From: a bacterium
GTDB lineage: Bacteria > Hinthialibacterota > Hinthialibacteria > Hinthialibacterales > Hinthialibacteraceae
Direction: 5' to 3'
Assembly (NCBI GenBank): GCA_041946805.1
Contig: JBHGBC010000128.1
Span: 1 to 17,326 of the forward strand
DNA length: 17,326 bases
Shown: positions 14,341-17,326 of the stretch, piece by piece
How positions within the stretch are numbered: position 1 is the stretch's first letter
Layout of the letters: each line of letters opens with the position of its first letter
Program-made: the position numbers and the translations under genes
The notes under the pieces: generated by a model
The model's input: only the letters and a program-made list of their open reading frames with translations
What the model was told of the DNA's origin: nothing
The model's database searches: none

Positions 14341-14395
14341 AATGATCTGCTTTCGCGTGGGGAATAGACTGGCCCCACCGCGTTCTTCCCCTCGG

Positions 14396-15310
14396 TCATT
14401 CGGTGTATCCCAATTCCCGCAGCCGGTCGCCCCGCTTGCGCCACTGTTCACTGACCTTCACCCAGAGTTCCAAAAAGACCTTGGTGTCCAGCATGGCCTC
14501 GAGTTCTTTCCGAGCTTCCATGCCGATGGCCTTGATCATGGCGCCTTTTTTGCCGACCAGGATCCCTTTTTGGGTGTCCCGTTCCACGTGCAGCACGGCC
14601 TGGATGGCCGTCACGCCGTTTTCCCGCTCCTTCATGCTTTCCACCTGCACCGCCAACGCGTAGGGCAATTCCTGGCGCAATAGCAGAAAGGCCTTCTCGC
14701 GAATTATCTCCGCCACGAAAAACCGCTGCGTCCGGTCGCTCAGCTGGTCGGGAGGAAACATCTTGGGTCCCTCGGGAAGGTGGTTCAGGACCGTTTGCAG
14801 CAATTCATCCACCCCCGAGCCATACAAGGCCGAAATGTAAAAGATCGACGACTCGCGCGTCTCCGGCGGCAACTCCAGGCCGTGCAATCCGTCCCGCATG
14901 GCCACGCGCTGGTCCAGGGGGACCTTGTCCACCTTGTTGAACGCGATCAACAGGGGAATGCGCAATCCCGCGATCTTCTGCCCGGCGATGGCCCGCTCGC
15001 GGGCGGTTACGCCCTTGATGCCGTCGATCAGCCAGACCGCCACGTCCGCGTCTTCCAGCGCCCGTTCCGCCTCCCGCACCATGAAGGCATGCATGGCGTC
15101 TTCCGGATCGAGCAAACCCGGGGTGTCCTGGAAGACGATCTGCGCGTCTTCGCGGTCGTAGATTCCGAATATCCGGTTCCGGGTGGTCTGCGGCTTGGGC
15201 GTGACCGCGGCCAGTTTCGTGCCCAGCAGATGATTCAGGAGGGTCGATTTCCCGGCGTTGGGCCTCCCGATCAGCGCGACATAGCCAAATCGATGGGCTT
15301 CGTGATTCAT
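14396..15310 (-). CDS. era: GTPase Era
   Basis: G1 GRPNAGKSTL, G2 PQTTR, G3 DTPG, G4 NKVD, then EIIREK...ELPY and a KH domain (QKGILVGKKGAMIKAIG...KVFLELWVKV). Confidence 0.97.
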   Translation of the reverse strand: MNHEAHRFGYVALIGRPNAGKSTLLNHLLGTKLAAVTPKPQTTRNRIFGIYDREDAQIVFQDTPGLLDPEDAMHAFMVREAERALEDADVAVWLIDGIKGVTARERAIAGQKIAGLRIPLLIAFNKVDKVPLDQRVAMRDGLHGLELPPETRESSIFYISALYGSGVDELLQTVLNHLPEGPKMFPPDQLSDRTQRFFVAEIIREKAFLLLRQELPYALAVQVESMKERENGVTAIQAVLHVERDTQKGILVGKKGAMIKAIGMEARKELEAMLDTKVFLELWVKVSEQWRKRGDRLRELGYTE

Positions 15311-15340
15311 AAAAAATGTGTATCCGTTCCGTGTCCGGGA

Positions 15341-17326
15341 TTATGAAAAAGTTCGATTGATGAAAAACACCAGTTGATGAGTGCACCGGTCGATGAGAAC
15401 CAGATCGGGCATTGTATCACCATTCAGGGGGATTGTCGAAATGGAGAACGATTGCTGAAGAGGAAAGATCCTCACGATCGGCACGGGCGGGGATTGAGAA
15501 TACGCCCCGGGCATTTCCCCGCACAGCAGCATCAGGCTGGGCTGTTCGGTTTGGATATCCAGACCCGCCAGCAGCAGCTCCGGGGATCCGTCGGCGTCAT
15601 AGTCCCCATCGGTCATGCCGGTCATGACTAGATCCGTTACGCGCGCGCCCATGGTTTTGAAGGGAATCCCCGCCCTCTCGCGCAGGAGATCGATCCCCCC
15701 GGAAATCGTACACACCGCCGGAACCGGCGGCGATCCGTCCCTCGAGACATCGACCACCATGGCCAGGGGAGTATTGCCATGGAAGGATTCATCCAGGTCC
15801 CACGAAACCAATTGGTTAAGTCTTCCTTCGGCGATCGAAAAAAACGTGACGCCGTTGGGTTGCGTGTGCGACACCGCCAGTTCATCCCCGCCGTCACCGT
15901 CCAGATCCACGATCGCGAGTTGGATGGGCACAAAAGGCAAATCGAACTGCTGGAGAAACTGGATTGCCCCTTTCCGGTTAAACGAATAGAACGCCACTTC
16001 CTGGCAGCCCGCCACGGCCACTGATTTATCCGGACGGCCAAAGAAGCGCCCCGCCGTCAACAGCTGGAGCCGCGCGTTGTGGTGATACTCCAACGGCAAT
16101 TGGACCAGGAAGGGCAATTCGAGATTGTACTCCTCCATCCGGGAGACAAAATCTCCCCTGTAAATCCGCAAACGGGACTGAAAGGCGCTTAACAGAACCA
16201 GCTCCTTCGCGCCATCTCGATCCAGGTCTTCGATCCGCACATTGAGACAACCATCTCCTCCCGCGTTGAGGTCTGTCCGCCGATATCCACCGCTCTCCGC
16301 TTGGCTGAGCAGCAAGGTGGCCGTATCGTTGCCGAAATTGGCGGTCAGAAAATCCGGCCTTCCATCCCGGTTGATGTCCGAGTACGCAAAATCCAACGGT
16401 TCCGGGCCGGTGGATTCGATATGATCCAACGTAAACACATATTCCCGCCCGCAGGCCGGGAAGACCAGAGCCGGCATAGGCGTCCGGGAAGGCTGGATCC
16501 TGGCGGTCCCGGCCGAAGTCGGTGTTCCGGTGGGTGTCGACGCAATAGGAGGTGTGGGCGTAACCGTTGGAGTCGGCGTGGAGGTGGGCGGCGGCACAGG
16601 CGTGGGGGTGATGGTGGGGGTTGGTGTGGGCGAGGGAGGCCGATAACGGGCGATCACCGGCAGGTATACCAGTCCCATGGCCAGGGTGTCATCGGCTTGG
16701 ATGGCGATTTTTCCGTTGCCTAAAATCCGGGCGGTGACAATCCCCGGAGGATAGGGTTTCGGAATCTCGAACGCGATTTGATTCCGGGGAAAATCGCGGG
16801 GGATGATCCGGTCATACAAGGAAAAATCCGTTACGCGGATTCGGGTTCCCGTTTGGATCTGAGGTGGAATCTGGATGAACGCATCGAAGATGAAGTGTGA
16901 AACCTTGATGCGGATCGTCTGCGAAGCGGTGGCATTGCCGTCCGAGACATGAATGGAAGCGGCGTATATCCCGGGAGCGTGGGGATTGACCACCGAGACC
17001 TGCCGCGCCGCATTCAGTCGCAGCATCGGTCCCTGGGATTCGTGAGTGACGCTCCACTGCAATTGCTCCAAAGGGGTATCGGGATCGGTCACGTATTCAT
17101 CGAGATCGAGAACGTTCCGGACCGGTTGATGGAGAATGATCTTCAGATCGGGAATGTCTGAAAGCCGCGGGCCACCGGCTTCCCCAGGATTATTGGCGGT
17201 TATAGGCGTTCCGCTGGGCGTGGGGGTCTCCGTCGGCTCGGGCGTATAGGTAAACGATGGGGTTGGACTGGGCGGTATCGGGGTCTGAGTCCAAGTCGGC
17301 GTGTAGGTCGCGCTGGGCGTGGGCGT
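15341..17326 (-). CDS. Large Pro/Thr-rich protein with Ig/cadherin-like segment and FG-GAP/VCBS repeats (5' end beyond right edge)
   Basis: The frame of ORF 15341..17092 stays open for 78 more codons to the window end (TPTPSATYTPTWTQTP...LSDIPDLKII...LDLDEYVTDPDTP), so GTG 17092 is probably internal. Has two PT-rich linkers and the loops DINRDGRPD, DLDRDGAKE, DLDGDGGDE, DYDADGSPE and LNGDTMPD. Confidence 0.85.
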   Translation of the reverse strand, partial: TPTPSATYTPTWTQTPIPPSPTPSFTYTPEPTETPTPSGTPITANNPGEAGGPRLSDIPDLKIILHQPVRNVLDLDEYVTDPDTPLEQLQWSVTHESQGPMLRLNAARQVSVVNPHAPGIYAASIHVSDGNATASQTIRIKVSHFIFDAFIQIPPQIQTGTRIRVTDFSLYDRIIPRDFPRNQIAFEIPKPYPPGIVTARILGNGKIAIQADDTLAMGLVYLPVIARYRPPSPTPTPTITPTPVPPPTSTPTPTVTPTPPIASTPTGTPTSAGTARIQPSRTPMPALVFPACGREYVFTLDHIESTGPEPLDFAYSDINRDGRPDFLTANFGNDTATLLLSQAESGGYRRTDLNAGGDGCLNVRIEDLDRDGAKELVLLSAFQSRLRIYRGDFVSRMEEYNLELPFLVQLPLEYHHNARLQLLTAGRFFGRPDKSVAVAGCQEVAFYSFNRKGAIQFLQQFDLPFVPIQLAIVDLDGDGGDELAVSHTQPNGVTFFSIAEGRLNQLVSWDLDESFHGNTPLAMVVDVSRDGSPPVPAVCTISGGIDLLRERAGIPFKTMGARVTDLVMTGMTDGDYDADGSPELLLAGLDIQTEQPSLMLLCGEMPGAYSQSPPVPIVRIFPLQQSFSISTIPLNGDTMPDLVLIDRCTHQLVFFINRTFS

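Noticed and set aside
13992..14451. Small ORFs 13992..14249 and 14074..14451
   Set aside because: They are translations of the palindromic repeats (e.g. PLPLGEGEGEG, GRARLPPS) with no other coding evidence.

Overview
GC-rich bacterial window, almost entirely coding on the minus strand. The left ~9.9 kb is a tightly coupled type II secretion system (T2SS)-type operon, transcribed right to left: a secreted helical Gly/Pro-rich protein, then gspE, gspF, gspG, gspH, gspI, gspJ, gspK, gspL (PilM/PilN-like), gspM (PilO-like), and a GspC/PilP-like gene that runs off the left edge and is missing from the ORF track. Upstream are a correctly spaced sigma-54 -24/-12 promoter and two enhancer-like sites 33 bp apart. 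The only credible plus-strand gene is divergent from this operon and encodes a signal peptide, two EF-hands and a class I SAM-dependent O-methyltransferase domain. To the right lie xerD, an MBL-fold hydrolase, a stand-alone pilin-like gene with a YDPTNG C-terminal motif, a ~780 bp intergenic region packed with different REP-like palindromes, era, and the 3' part of a large Pro/Thr-rich FG-GAP repeat protein. The most notable items are the apparently exported EF-hand methyltransferase, the sigma-54/enhancer architecture, competing RNA hairpins before gspE and before the MBL gene, and the palindrome mosaic. All calls come from reading the sequence; no database searches were run.
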